Made by a program: the position numbers and the translations under genes. A model generated the notes under the pieces. The model was not told where the DNA came from. It saw only the letters and a program-made list of their open reading frames with translations, and did not search any database. DNA of 63,531 bases, filler included, from Octopus bimaculoides (taxonomy: Eukaryota), in the NCBI RefSeq assembly GCF_001194135.2. It is 6 parts of 5 records of this genome, joined end to end, with 100 filler letters (N's around TTAATTAATTAA, not from the genome) between each part and the next. Parts side by side here need not be neighbours in the genome. Positions count along the whole stretch, not along the records: positions 25,553 to 47,312 come from NC_069010.1; 5 more parts are not named here. One strand, 5' to 3'. Shown piece by piece: positions 27,714 through 38,418 of this stretch; the first letter of the stretch is position 1, and each line of letters starts with the position of its first letter.

Positions 27714-30700
27714 ATTTGAGTGTATGTATATCTCAAAGCTGTGAGATAATGCATTTATCTCACATTCATTAATTCGTTAATTAAGTCACGTTCATTAATT
27801 CAAAAGAATGTGAACAAATGAAACCTTCAATTTGACAAAGAAATCTGGGAGGGTTAACCACCATCCATCAAGATTGACTGCTATTTCTAGCATCGGATCT
27901 TTTTTAAAACGGGGGCCACATTTTTCATTAATGTTTTATGTAGTGTTTTTGGTACGGAAAGACTTTCAAACTTCGTATACTTATCTATTTTGTGTTATAG
28001 AACAGAAATATATTTTTGTATTCGAATTTATTTCATGTAAAAAATTGTCTTATTTCGATAATTTCAACCAATCACTGACAAGTATTCAGTTGTTTACATT
28101 TACTCCTTTGGCTGATTAAGCCATAGCTTCGTTTTATTTGCTTTTTTCATTTTCTTTTTTTTTTCTTCGTTTTATTTGCTTTTTTCGTTTTAAATTTGCT
28201 GTTTTACCCTAACCCTAACCCTATCACCGATAGAATTGTTTCAGAATCGTTTGTTTATGTAGTCAGCACTTAATGTATATCGGCTGAATGGACGTCAGTG
28301 ATTGGTTGAAATTACAGAAATACGACAACTTTAACATGGAATAACTTGGGGATTTCTTTTTTTTTTTTTAAGAAGACTAAGAGAAAAAGATGTTTTATAT
28401 GACACATTCTACCAGTGTGCCAAGTTTCAAAGTGTTTCGTTAATGAAAAATGTGGCCAGGTTTTAAAAAAGATCCCTAGCATCTCCCGTCTCCCTCCACA
28501 GGATCTCAAATATTCCTTTCTTCCTTTCTCTCTTTCAGCTCTCTTTGAGATTGAACTTTTGTCCTTTGTCGAAGACGCTGGCATTGAAGATTATTTTCAA
28601 ATGACTGAAGTAAATATATCTTCTCTTTCTCCTTTTCATTTTTTTTCTTCTTTTCATTTCTTCTCTTCCATTCTTCTTCTCTTTCTATTCATTCTGCAGT
28701 TTCATTAATTTCTATTCATCCTTTGTTTTTTGTCTAGTTTTTTTTTGTTCACTTTTTAATTTTTCCCATTTTTCCTGTTCCAGGAAGAGAAAAGCCAGAT
28801 TCCATTCGACCAAATCCTAAAGATTGCAAATATGGAGAAATCGGTAAATAAACCTCATAGTTATACACACATGTACACTCAATTACATACATTCATATAG
28901 TGTCTGTCACTTACGTGTTTCACTCATTGGACTGTGGCCATGCTGGGGCACCATCTTGAATGAATCAACCTCTGTACTAATTTTTCTTATAAACCTGGTC
29001 CTTATTCCACCAGTCTCTTTTTGCCAAACTGCTAATCACCCCAACACTGATTGTCTAGCGGTAGTAGGGGGGGACAAACATTGACACAAAGACACCAACA
29101 TGCATAAACACACATACACAACAGGTCGCCAAGTAACTTGCTGAAGATCCCTCAACTGGGAGGAGTAGTATTGATGCACAGAAAAGTATCGTGTATCATA
29201 TACTCTTTTACTTGTTTCAATCATTTTTGACTGCGGCCATGCTGGAGCACCGCCTTTATAGTCGAGCAAATCGACCCCAGGACTTATTCTTTGTAAGTCT
29301 AGTACTTATTCAATCGGCCTCTTTTTGCCGAACTGCTAAGTTGCGGGGACGTAAACACACCAGCATCGGTTGTCAAGCGATGGTTGGGGGACAAACACAG
29401 ACACACACACACACATATATATATATACACATACATACGACGGGCTTCTTTCAGTTTCCGTCTACCAAATCCACTCACAAGGTTTTGGTCGGCCCGAGGC
29501 TGTAGTAGAAGACACTTGCCCAAGGTGCCACGCAGTGGGACTGAACCCGGAACCATGTGGTTGGTAAGCAAGCTACTTACCAAGGATTAATTTCTAAGAA
29601 ATTAAACCCATTAGATTTCAACCGGAAGTATTTATCATTGTTACCAGGAGCTGGTGTGCCAATCGTTGTAAAGTCGATCGGTCATGAGTAGACGACGACC
29701 TGTAATTAACGATATTAATAATAAGGATTATCATGAAGTTGCTTAGCATTACCTTTAATTCTTTTAATATGTACACAGCTTTACATAGACCAACACGTGT
29801 TCAATTGCACCGATTAGTAACCATTGCAATTGCAACCCTACTTTAAAACCGGTGCAGTTTCTTTAGGGTCTTTATTTGATATCCTTTTATTTGGCTTTTT
29901 AAAGATTTTCTTTTAATCTACTCTGCGTTGCATAATGTAGGGCTGTCCGTTAAGTTAGACACGAAAAATCTCCATTTCTGTTTCTTTTTCTTTACAGTTT
30001 GGTACAGAATTCTTCAGTGCCAAGAAAATTCGAAAGTCTTACAACAAATACCGTTTGGTAAGTGCTGTTATGTTGTTGTTGTGACGTTGTGAAATGGCCA
30101 TCTTTTGGTGTTGGGAGGCAACTGTCTTGTGATTGTGGTGTTGTGAGGTGATTATGTTGTGGTTGCGGCATTGTGAGGTGGCCATGTTTTGGTGTTGTTA
30201 GGCAGATGTCTTGAGGTGTTGGGATGCAACTGTCTTGCGATTGTGGTGTTGTGAGGTCGTTGTCTGCTTGTTATCGTGTTGTGAGGTGATTATGTTGTGG
30301 TTGCGGCATTGTGAGGTGGCCATGTTTTGGTGTTGTTCGGCAGATGTCTTGAGGTGTTGGGAGGCAACTGTCTTGTGATTGTGGTGTTGTGAGGTTGTCT
30401 GCTGTTGTGGTTGTGGCGTTGTGAGGTGGCCATCTTTTGGTGTTGTTAGGCAGATGTCTTGTGATTGTGGTGTTGTGAGGTGATTATGTTGTGGTTGTGG
30501 TGTTGTGAGGTGGCCATGTTTTGGTGTTGTTAGGCAGATGTTTTGAGGTGTTGGGATGCAACTGTCTTGCGATTGTGGTGTTGTGAGGTCGTTGTCTGCT
30601 TGTTATCGTGTTGTGAGGTGATTATGTTGTGGTTGTGGCATTGTGAAGTGGCCATCTTTTGGTGTTGTTAGGCAAATGTCTTGAGGTGTTGGGAGGCAAC

Positions 30701-31820
30701 TGTCTTGTGATTGTGATGTTGTGAGGTCGTTGTCTGCTGTTGTGAAGTGATTATGTTGTGGTTGTGGCATTGTGAGGTGGCCATCTTTTGGTGGTGTTCG
30801 GCAGATGTCTTGAGGTGTTGGGAGGCAACTGTCTTGTGATTGTGATGTTGTGAGGTCGTTGTCTGCTGTTGTGAAGTGATTATGTTGTGGTTGTGGCATT
30901 GTGAGGTGGCCATCTTTTGGTGGTGTTAGGCAGATGTCTCTTGGTGTTGGGAAGCAACTGTCTTGTGATGGTGGTGTTGTGAGGTCATTGTCTGCTTGTT
31001 ATCGTGTTGTGAGGTGATTATGTTGTGGTTGTGGCATTGTGAGGTGGCCATCTTTTGGTGGTGTTAGGCAGATGTCTCTTGGTGTTGGGAAGCAACTGTC
31101 TTGCGATTATGGTGTTGTGAGGTCGTTGTCTGCTTGTTATCGTGTTGTGAGGTGATTATGTTGTGGTTGTGGCATTGTGAGGTGGCCATCTTTTGGTGTT
31201 AGGCAGATGCCTTATGGTGTTGGGAAGCAACTGTCTTGTGATTGTGGTGTTGTGAGGTCGTCTGCTGTTGTGGTTGTGGCGTTGTGAGATGGCCATCTTT
31301 TGGTGTTGTTAGGCAGATGTCTTGTGATTGTGGTGTTGTGAGGTCGTTGTCTGCTGTTGTGAGGTGATTATGTTGTGGTGTTGTGAGGTGGCCATGTTTT
31401 GGTGTTGTTAGGCAGATGTTTTGAGGTGTTGGGAGGCAACTGTCTTGTGACTGTGGTGTTGTGAGGTCGTTGTCTGCTTGTTATCATGTTGTGAGGTGGT
31501 TCTGTTGTCTCTCCTAACTAATCCTTCCTTCTGCTGTTCCCATTGCAGGCCCTTCTGGTGCTTGACGAGTATGTGCCGTGCAACAGCGAAGAGGAACGTC
31601 AGATCCAAGAGTTACGCCTCTTGGTTCTCCTAAACATGGCCCTCTGCTGTCTCCGTCTCAACAATGCTCCCAAAGCCATCACATATTGCCAGAAAGCTCT
31701 GGCGATTGACAAGAACAACGCTAAGGCGTTTTACAGATTGGGACAGGTAAGTGGGTGTATATACGTGTGTGTATATAAGGACAGGTTGGTTAGGGTATGT
31801 GTATGTTAGGATAGATAAGG

Positions 31821-31855
<35 letters not shown>

Positions 31856-32161
31856 CATATATGTATATATATGTATTTAATGTAACCTCGTGCACATCGG
31901 TGGCGATTTTTTTCTTCCTCCGTTTTTCCCTTCTTTGAACTTTCCTTGTTTCCGACAAAGAGCTCCTCCCGAAACGTCATACTCTCTCTCTTTCCTTTCC
32001 TGAGCGTCTAGTAACACTATCCGTATCACGTCCTCACTTTGTTGTTTTTTTGTTATTGTTTTTTTTTAAAACATATATATATATATATTTTTATATGTAT
32101 ATGTATATATATATATGTGTGTATATATATATATATATGTATATGTATATGTATATATATA

Positions 32162-32194
<33 letters not shown>

Positions 32195-35100
32195 GTTAAA
32201 AAAAAAACAATAGGAAGGGCATCCAGCTGTAGAAACTCTGCCAAATTAGATTGGAGCCTGGTGTTGTCATCCGGTTTCACCAGTCCTCAGTCAAGTCGTC
32301 CAACCCATGCTAGCATGGAAAGCGGACGTTAAACGATGATGATGATGATGATGATATATATATGGACATGTATGTGTATACAGATGTATTTGTGTGTGTC
32401 TGTATTAACCTAATTTATAAACTAATGAATGTGTGTTTTGAGATTTAGCTACTATGTCTAGAAGGCTGTCTGTTTGTCTCCTTTTGCAGGCATACCAGAT
32501 GTTGGGCAAGTACAACGAGGCAGTCACCAACCTAAAGCTGGCTCAGAAGCTGCGACCAACAGATCCGAACGTTTCACAACAACTACAGAAACTGCACAGG
32601 TGAGTTAGGAGGGACCAGGGTTGGCACAAATGGGCTGAGGTAGGGCGGACTATACTCGAGGATTTACGGTAACATTTGACAGTAATCTGAATGCTAAGGG
32701 GTTAATAGTGTATCTAATGTATCCTTCCTTGTTTAGCCCCAGGTCAGTCCTGATCCAGTAGACCTATGATTGAAGATGTTCCAGCTGTGATTGTCCTGTC
32801 TTTTATTCAGGCATAGTGTATCTAGGACTACATTATCTAATGTGTCCTTCTTTATTGCTGTTTAGCCCTAGGTCAGTCCTGATCCTGACTGACCTATGAT
32901 CAAAGATGTTCCAGCTGTGACCGTCCTGTCTTTTATTCAGACATAGTGTATCTAGGACTACATTATCTAATGTGTTCTTCTTTATTGCTGTTTAGCCCTA
33001 GGTTAGTCCTGATCCTGACTGACCTATGATCAAAGATGTTCCAGCTGTGACCGTCCTGTCTTTTATTCAGGCATAGTGTATCTTGGACTACATTATCTAA
33101 TGTGTCCTTCCTTGTTGTTTTGCCCCAAGTCAGGTCTGATCCAGACAGACCTATGATCAGTGACGTTCCAGCTGTGACCATCCTGTCTTTTATTCAGGCA
33201 TTGTGTATCTAGGACTACATTATCTAATGTGTCCTTCCTTGTTGTTTTGCCCCAAGTCAGGTCTGATCCAGACAAATCTATGATCAGTGATGTTCCGTCT
33301 GTGACCACCCTGTCTTTCATTCAGGCATAGTGTATCTAGGACTACATTATCTAATGTGTTCTTCGGTATTTTCGAGTACTGTTAGATAGAGAATGTGACC
33401 ATCCAGGCAGAATTGTTTTATGCCTGCCAACAGGTGATATTCTAGTCCAGGGGTTTTCAAACTTTTTGACTTGCGGACCCCTTTATATTTCAGGCTTTAC
33501 CTTAGGGATCCCCTTATAAACACTTATGAAATTTATACATAAATATTTGCTTAAAATAACATATATTTTTACATTTATTTATTTAACAGTATTTAACAAA
33601 TTAACAAATAGGTTTATTGTCAATTAAAAGATTTCGATTAAAAGACATATAAAATCAAATTGCCCGNNNNNNNNNNNNNNNNNNNNNNNNNNNNNNNNNN
33701 NNNNNNNNNNNNNNNNNNNNNNNNNNNNNNNNNNNNNNNNNNNNNNNNNNNNNNNNNNNNNNNNNNNNNNNNNNNNNNNNNNNNNNNNNNNNNNNNNNNN
33801 NNNNNNNNNNNNNNNNNNNNNNNNNNNNNNNNNNNNNNNNNNNNNNNNNNNNNNNNNNNNNNNNNNNNNNNNNNNNNNNATTCTAGTCCAGGGGTTTTCA
33901 AACTTTTTGACTTGCGGACCCCTTTATATTTCAGGCTTTACCTTAGGGATCCCCTTATAAACACTTATGAAATTTATACATAAATATTTGCTTAAAATAA
34001 CATATATTTTTACATTTATTTATTTAACAGTATTTAACAAATTAACAAATAGGTTTATTGTCAATTAAAAGATTTCGATTAAAAGACATATAAAATCAAA
34101 TTGCCCGTAAAAAGTATTTGCTGTCTACGGACCCCCTGTCTTGTCCTTGTGGTCCCCGGACCACAGTTTGAAAAGCCCTCTTCTAGTCATGTGTTTTTGA
34201 GTACCGTTCATTGGCTAACAGAATCGATGCTCTGCTACAGCCTGTGTAGCAGCCGTGACATTGCTCCTCTCAAAATCACCTCGTTTGTGACGCGGTTCTG
34301 CTTGTCGACCCTCAAGGTCTTTCTGAGGCACCTCAGAAGAGCAGGGCCACCCGTACCTATCGGTAAAAACTACATACCCTCACGCTCACTCACTATGTCT
34401 TTCTCTCTCTTTCTTTCTCTCTTCCCTCAGCGATGTCCTCCAATACAAACAAGACGAGAAAGCCATGTACAAGAAAATGTTTTGCCAAACCACAAAGAAA
34501 TCGCAGTTGTCTTTATGTAAGTATTTCTGGATCTTCCCATTGTTGTTCTTGTTCTTTGTGCAGTTTGATGTTTAAACCCTAGGTCAGTCTTAGACCACCA
34601 AACCTGTAAGCAGTTGATCCAACATGTAAGCAGTAAGCAGTTGATCAAACAAAATGCAGTTCACAGATCTATCGTTTCATACATAATAGGAACCTAACTG
34701 TCTACACACCACACACAAACACACACATGCACATATATCATGGTTCTGGGTTCAGTCCCACAGTGGGGCACCTTGTGCAAGTGTCTTCTACTATGGCCGC
34801 AAGAGGACCAGACCCTTGTCAGTGGATTCAATAAGATGGTAACTATATGAAGCCCATCTTATATACTCTTTTGTTCTTTTACTTGTTTCACTCATTTGAC
34901 TGCGGCCATACTGGAGCACTGCTTTGAAGGGTTTTAGTTGAACAAATCAGTTACATTTTTGAAGCCTAGTACTTACTCTATTGGTCTCTTTTGCTGAACT
35001 GCCAAGTTACGGGGACGTAAACACACCAACATTGGTTACCAAGCTATGTTGGGGTAACACACACACTTATATATATTCTTATATGTTATATATTCTTTTA

Positions 35101-35306
35101 TTTGTTTCAATCATTTGACTGCGGCCATGCTGGAGCACCGCTTTTAGTCGTGTAAATCGACCCCAGGACTTATTCTTTGTAAGCCTTGTACTTATTCTAT
35201 CAGTCTCTCTTGCCAAACTGCTAGCTGACAGGGACGTAAACACACCAGCATCGGTTGTCAAGCGATGTTGGGGGACAAACACAGACACAAACATATACAT
35301 ACATAC

Positions 35307-35349
<43 letters not shown>

Positions 35350-38031
35350 CAACGGGCTTCTTTCAGTTTCCGTCTACCAAATCCACTTACAAGGCTTTGG
35401 TCGGCCCGAGGCTATAGTAGAAGACACTTGCCCAAGGTGCCACGCAGTGGGACTGAACCCAGAACCATGTGGTTTGTAAGCAAGCTACTTACCACACAGC
35501 CACTCAGAAATTTATTTTGTGGAACTATTTTTCGGATATATTCTGTATTCTTTTGTCATATGACGCCAGTGTCAACCTGGATGGTCACATCTGGAGCACT
35601 TTTGTTACAGGTCCAATGCATCAAGGCTGGTCTTCGGCTAGACGACAACATAAACAGCAGCAGCAATTTTTATTCATTTCTAAGATCTCTGTCTCCTCTT
35701 TTTTTTGGTTTTCTTGTGCAGTTCCTTCAAATCGGGAGAACATGGTCCAGGAATCGGGCGAAAAAGTTGTTGAAGTTTCTGAAGAATTTAAAGAAAATGT
35801 CAACAACTACCTTAAGTGAGTGTCTTGTTGCTTACATTAGGGTCATCATCATCATCATCACCATCACTATCATCATTGCCACCACTGTCATCACCACCAT
35901 CGTCATCGTCATTGCCATCATCATCATCACCACCACCACCACCATCATCATTATTTGACCCTTTAGCATTCAAATTACTCTGTCAAATGTGATCCTTATT
36001 TATTCACATTGTTTTGAATTAATCATAGATTATCTCATAGCGTTCAAATTTCAATGATATCATCATCATCATCGTCGTCGTCGTCGTTTAACGTCCGCTT
36101 TCCATGCTGGCATGGGTCGGACGATTTGACTGAGCACTGGTGAAAACCAGATGGCTACACCAGGCTCCAATCTGACTTGGCAGAGTTTCTACAGCTGGAT
36201 GCGCTTCCTAACACCAATCACTCCGAGAGTGTAGTATCGGGGGTTGATAAATTAAATACCAATGAAATACTGGGGGTCGATGTAATACTAGTCCCCTCCC
36301 ACCAAATTTGAGGCACTGTGCCTCCAATAGAAAGGATTATTATTATTATTAAAGCAATGAGCTGGCAGAATTGTAAGCATGTTGGCAAAAATACTTAGCA
36401 GCATTTTGTCCATCTTTGTTCCGAGTTCAAATTCCGCCAAAGTCAAGTTTGCCTGTCATCCTTTTGGGGTCAGTACCAGTCAAATACTGGGGACAGTGTA
36501 ATCGGCTTACCCCCCCTCCCTCACAATTACTGGCTTTGTGCCGAAATTTGGAATGAATATTATTATTATTATTGTTGTTATTTACTTTTGTTATTGCAGG
36601 AACTTTCTCTCAGACAATTGCCGGAGTGAATGTCCAATGCCTGCCTCCAGCATGACCGTGGCCGAGATAGCTTATGTCCTAGAAATAGTCGATGATATGA
36701 AACTCATAGCTGTACAGACTGGTTCGGTGAGTTCAGTTGGCTTCTTAAATATCATGTCACCAGTGGAGCCCCTACCCTCATCGACAGATCATTCCTATCA
36801 CATGTTAACCCTCTCCTAGATGTTCTGGTACATATGCTCTCCCTTGCTGCAGCGAGGTGTGAACTGAGGTAATGTAGAATACAGTGTTGTGTGACAGAGA
36901 CACTACGGTGAGAGATAAATCTCCTCCTGGATAAGATGCCAGTCTATCATGCTAACATTCCCCCAGATGATCTGATACCTATTATTCCTTACATGTTAAG
37001 TGTCCCTCCAGCTCTTCTGTTATTGTATTTCTGTTGTAATACACATTTGTTTCTATTCATCATCGTTTAACATCCGCCTTCCATGTTAGCATGGGTGGGA
37101 TGGTTTCACAAGAGCCAGTCAGGCAAAAGCCGGCACTAGACTTCTGTGACTATTTTGGCAGGATTTTTACAGCTGGATGCCCTTCCTAAAACCAGCCAAC
37201 TCAGCAGAGTGGACTTGGTGCTTTTTATCGGGCGCAAGCGAGGGCAGTTTTGGCAAGGCTTTTACAGTCGGATGCCCTTCCGCACACCAAACACTTTACA
37301 GTGTGGACTGGATGCTTTTAAGTGGCACCGGCACTGACAGGGTCACCAAGAATTTGCAAGACAAAAAAAAAAATCTTTCAAGCCGGGAGTGGGTATTGGA
37401 GGAGGTGATCTTGTGTTGGATGACAAAAGGTTAGAGTGAGACAGACAGAGAAACAGGTGTCTTGCTGTAGAGGAAGTACAAGCTTAACTGGCCAGAGAGA
37501 GGGGTTAGGAATGAAGACAGAAATAGGTGTACTACCGCAAAGGAAATACATGGCTACCCAACCTGAGCGAAGCGCATGAAAGTAACTAAACAATTTACTA
37601 AAATACTTTTGTCGTTAATTAATCTGGTGTTTAGAACATAAATTACCATGATTTAACGAGGGAATATTTTAATTGGGATCATTTTTCAACAGGAAATTCG
37701 TATTATGGAAACAAGGGCAGTTTCAATGAGATTTCGTATTAAAAGGAGTGTTGGTCGTAAGTGGATCTCAAGTTAGTTTTAAGTGTCTTATTTCTGTGCA
37801 ACCTCACTTTATTTACTCCCCAGCCCCACTCTACTTAGTGTTTAACCTCACTCAAGATAGTGTACAGTTCCACTCAGGTGACTCTCCAGCTTCACTCCAC
37901 TGATGTCTGTCTTCTAACTCTCTACTCCTCTATTACAGGGTGAAAACATTCAGATCGAAATCCGCAAGAACAACAACAACAAGACCAGCAACAATAGGAA
38001 AGTGAAGAAGCGTGAAATGGTGTGGAAGTAA
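26067..38031 (+). CDS. FKBP6: FKBP6/Shutdown-like FKBP-type PPIase + TPR co-chaperone; 11 exons, 5'-incomplete
   Basis: Exons 26067-26156, 27343-27474, 28539-28609, 28784-28843, 29998-30057, 31549-31746, 32490-32599, 34431-34516, 35722-35815, 36600-36726 and 37939-38031 all have AG/GT boundaries and compatible phases, ending at TAA 38029-38031. The translation has an FKBP domain (VHYTGFFEFADEPFDSSRLRG..GELSRFLISPEYGFGDFGCPPRIP..LFEIELLSF), close to the FKBP6 pattern Y.G..E..D.PFDS/GCPP.IP/LFEIELL, then TPRs (LLNMALCCLRLNNAPKAITYCQKALAIDKNNAKAFYRLGQAYQMLGKYNEA) and YK.MF. Confidence 0.9.
26258..26593 (+). mobile_element. tRNA-derived SINE (family B)
   Basis: Near-identical to the reverse complement of 5681-6060. 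Confidence 0.85.
27343..27474 (+). CDS. FKBP6: FKBP6 exon (MVIPGW..GCPPRIPKAIT)
   Basis: TACAG acceptor, GTCAGT donor, phase 1/1, FKBP motif. Confidence 0.9.
27895..28475. mobile_element. Palindromic MITE with GGATC termini and a central (TAACCC)n (Merlin-like)
   Basis: Inverted arms; 8-bp TSD CTAGCATC at 27887-94 and 28476-83; CCCTAACCCTAACCCTA at ~28207-28222. Confidence 0.85.
28539..28609 (+). CDS. FKBP6: FKBP6 exon (LFEIELLSFVEDAGIEDYFQMTE)
   Basis: TTTCAG acceptor, GTAAAT donor; C-terminal strand of the FKBP domain. Confidence 0.88.
28784..28843 (+). CDS. FKBP6: FKBP6 exon (EEKSQIPFDQILKIANMEKS)
   Basis: TTCCAG acceptor, GTAAAT donor, phase 0/0. Confidence 0.85.
29201..29581 (-). mobile_element. 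tRNA-derived SINE (family C)
   Basis: Same sequence as 35091-35504; partial copies at 34742-35060, 61066-61203 and 28910-29140; head contains GGTTCAGTCCC and GGCACCTTGGGCAAGT. Confidence 0.85.
29998..30057 (+). CDS. FKBP6: FKBP6 exon (TPR1 start: FGTEFFSAKKIRKSYNKYRL)
   Basis: TTTACAG acceptor, GTAAGT donor, phase 0/0. Confidence 0.88.
30065..31500. repeat. G/T-rich higher-order minisatellite in a FKBP6 intron
   Basis: Recurring TGTTGTGAGGT submotif grouped into variable larger blocks (GGCCATCTTTTGG..GGCAGATGTC..GCAACTGTCTTG). Confidence 0.9.
31549..31746 (+). CDS. FKBP6: FKBP6 exon (TPR2-3)
   Basis: TGCAG acceptor, GTAAGT donor; TPR consensus NMALC..AITYCQKALAID.NNAKAFYRLGQ. Confidence 0.92.
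31948..31983 (+). ncRNA. Degenerate minimal hammerhead-like remnant inside a dispersed repeat (31871-32050)
   Basis: GTTT-CCGACAA-AGAGCTCCTCCC-GAAACGT-C-ATAC has the same layout as 14906-14940 but a mutated core and stem II. Confidence 0.3.
32490..32599 (+). CDS. FKBP6: FKBP6 exon (TPR3: AYQMLGKYNEAVTNLKLAQKLRPTD)
   Basis: TTTGCAG acceptor, GTGAGT donor, phase 0/2. Confidence 0.9.
32705..33362. repeat. ~104-bp tandem repeat, about 6 copies
   Basis: CTAGGACTACATTATCTAATGTG..GACCTATGATC..TTCCAGCTGTGACC recurs about every 104 bp. Confidence 0.9.
33448..34180. mobile_element. hAT (Charlie-like) MITE
   Basis: TIRs CAGGGGTTTTCAAACT / AGTTTGAAAAGCCCTC; 8-bp TSD TTCTAGTC at 33440-47 and 34181-88. 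Its left ~227 bp are duplicated across the N-gap, probably an assembly overlap. Confidence 0.88.
34431..34516 (+). CDS. FKBP6: FKBP6 exon (DVLQYKQDEKAMYKKMFCQTTKKSQLSL)
   Basis: CCTCAG acceptor, GTAAGT donor, phase 2/1; EK.MYKKMF helix typical after FKBP TPRs. Confidence 0.88.
35091..35504 (-). mobile_element. tRNA-derived SINE (family C)
   Basis: High identity to 29201-29581. Confidence 0.85.
35722..37938 (+). CDS. FKBP6: FKBP6 C-terminal extension exons 35722-35815 and 36600-36726
   Basis: GTGCAG/GTGAGT and TTGCAG/GTGAGT boundaries; phases 1/2 and 2/0 join the flanking exons. Confidence 0.75.
36061..36240. mobile_element. Dispersed SINE-like repeat with (CAT)n end (family D); other copies at 32205-32355, 37060-37450 and 40175-40218
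   Basis: Shared CATCATCGTTTAACGTCCGCTTTCCATGCT..CATGGG motif. Confidence 0.7.
37939..38031 (+). CDS. FKBP6: FKBP6 terminal coding exon (GENIQIEIRK..VWK*)
   Basis: Polypyrimidine + TACAG acceptor, phase 0, open to TAA. Confidence 0.7.
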   Translation, partial: GENIQIEIRKNNNNKTSNNRKVKKREMVWK

Positions 38032-38140
38032 TTTGCCATGAGGTAGGGGACGCACAGACAGGCAGGCAACTACGATTACACATCTCCACACATACATGCT
38101 TACATATGCATACACACGCGCATGTGCGTGTATATATATA

Positions 38141-38418
38141 CAGGGTGTCTACAAGGTCTGGGTACATGGAGTAAATTAAATATAAGAAATAATAATTTCT
38201 TAAAGTATGTGTTAATCCCCATGTGGCTACATGGAGTAAATAAAATCATAACATAAGCAATTAAATATAAGAAATAATAATTTCTTAAAGTATGTGTTAA
38301 ATCCCCATGTGGGTACATGGAGTAAATAAAATCATAGCATAAACAATCAAATATAAGAAATAATGATTTCTTAAAGTATGTGTTAATCCTCATGTACCCA
38401 GAGTTTGAGGACACCCTG
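38141..38418. mobile_element. Tc1/mariner-type MITE with internal ~70-bp tandem repeats
   Basis: TIRs CAGGGTGTCT..GGGTACATG / CATGTACCCAG..GACACCCTG with TA flanks. Confidence 0.8.

Noticed and set aside
33440-34106. Perfect ~227-bp duplication of the hAT MITE left part
   Set aside because: Identical copies flank an N-gap, so this is probably an assembly artefact.
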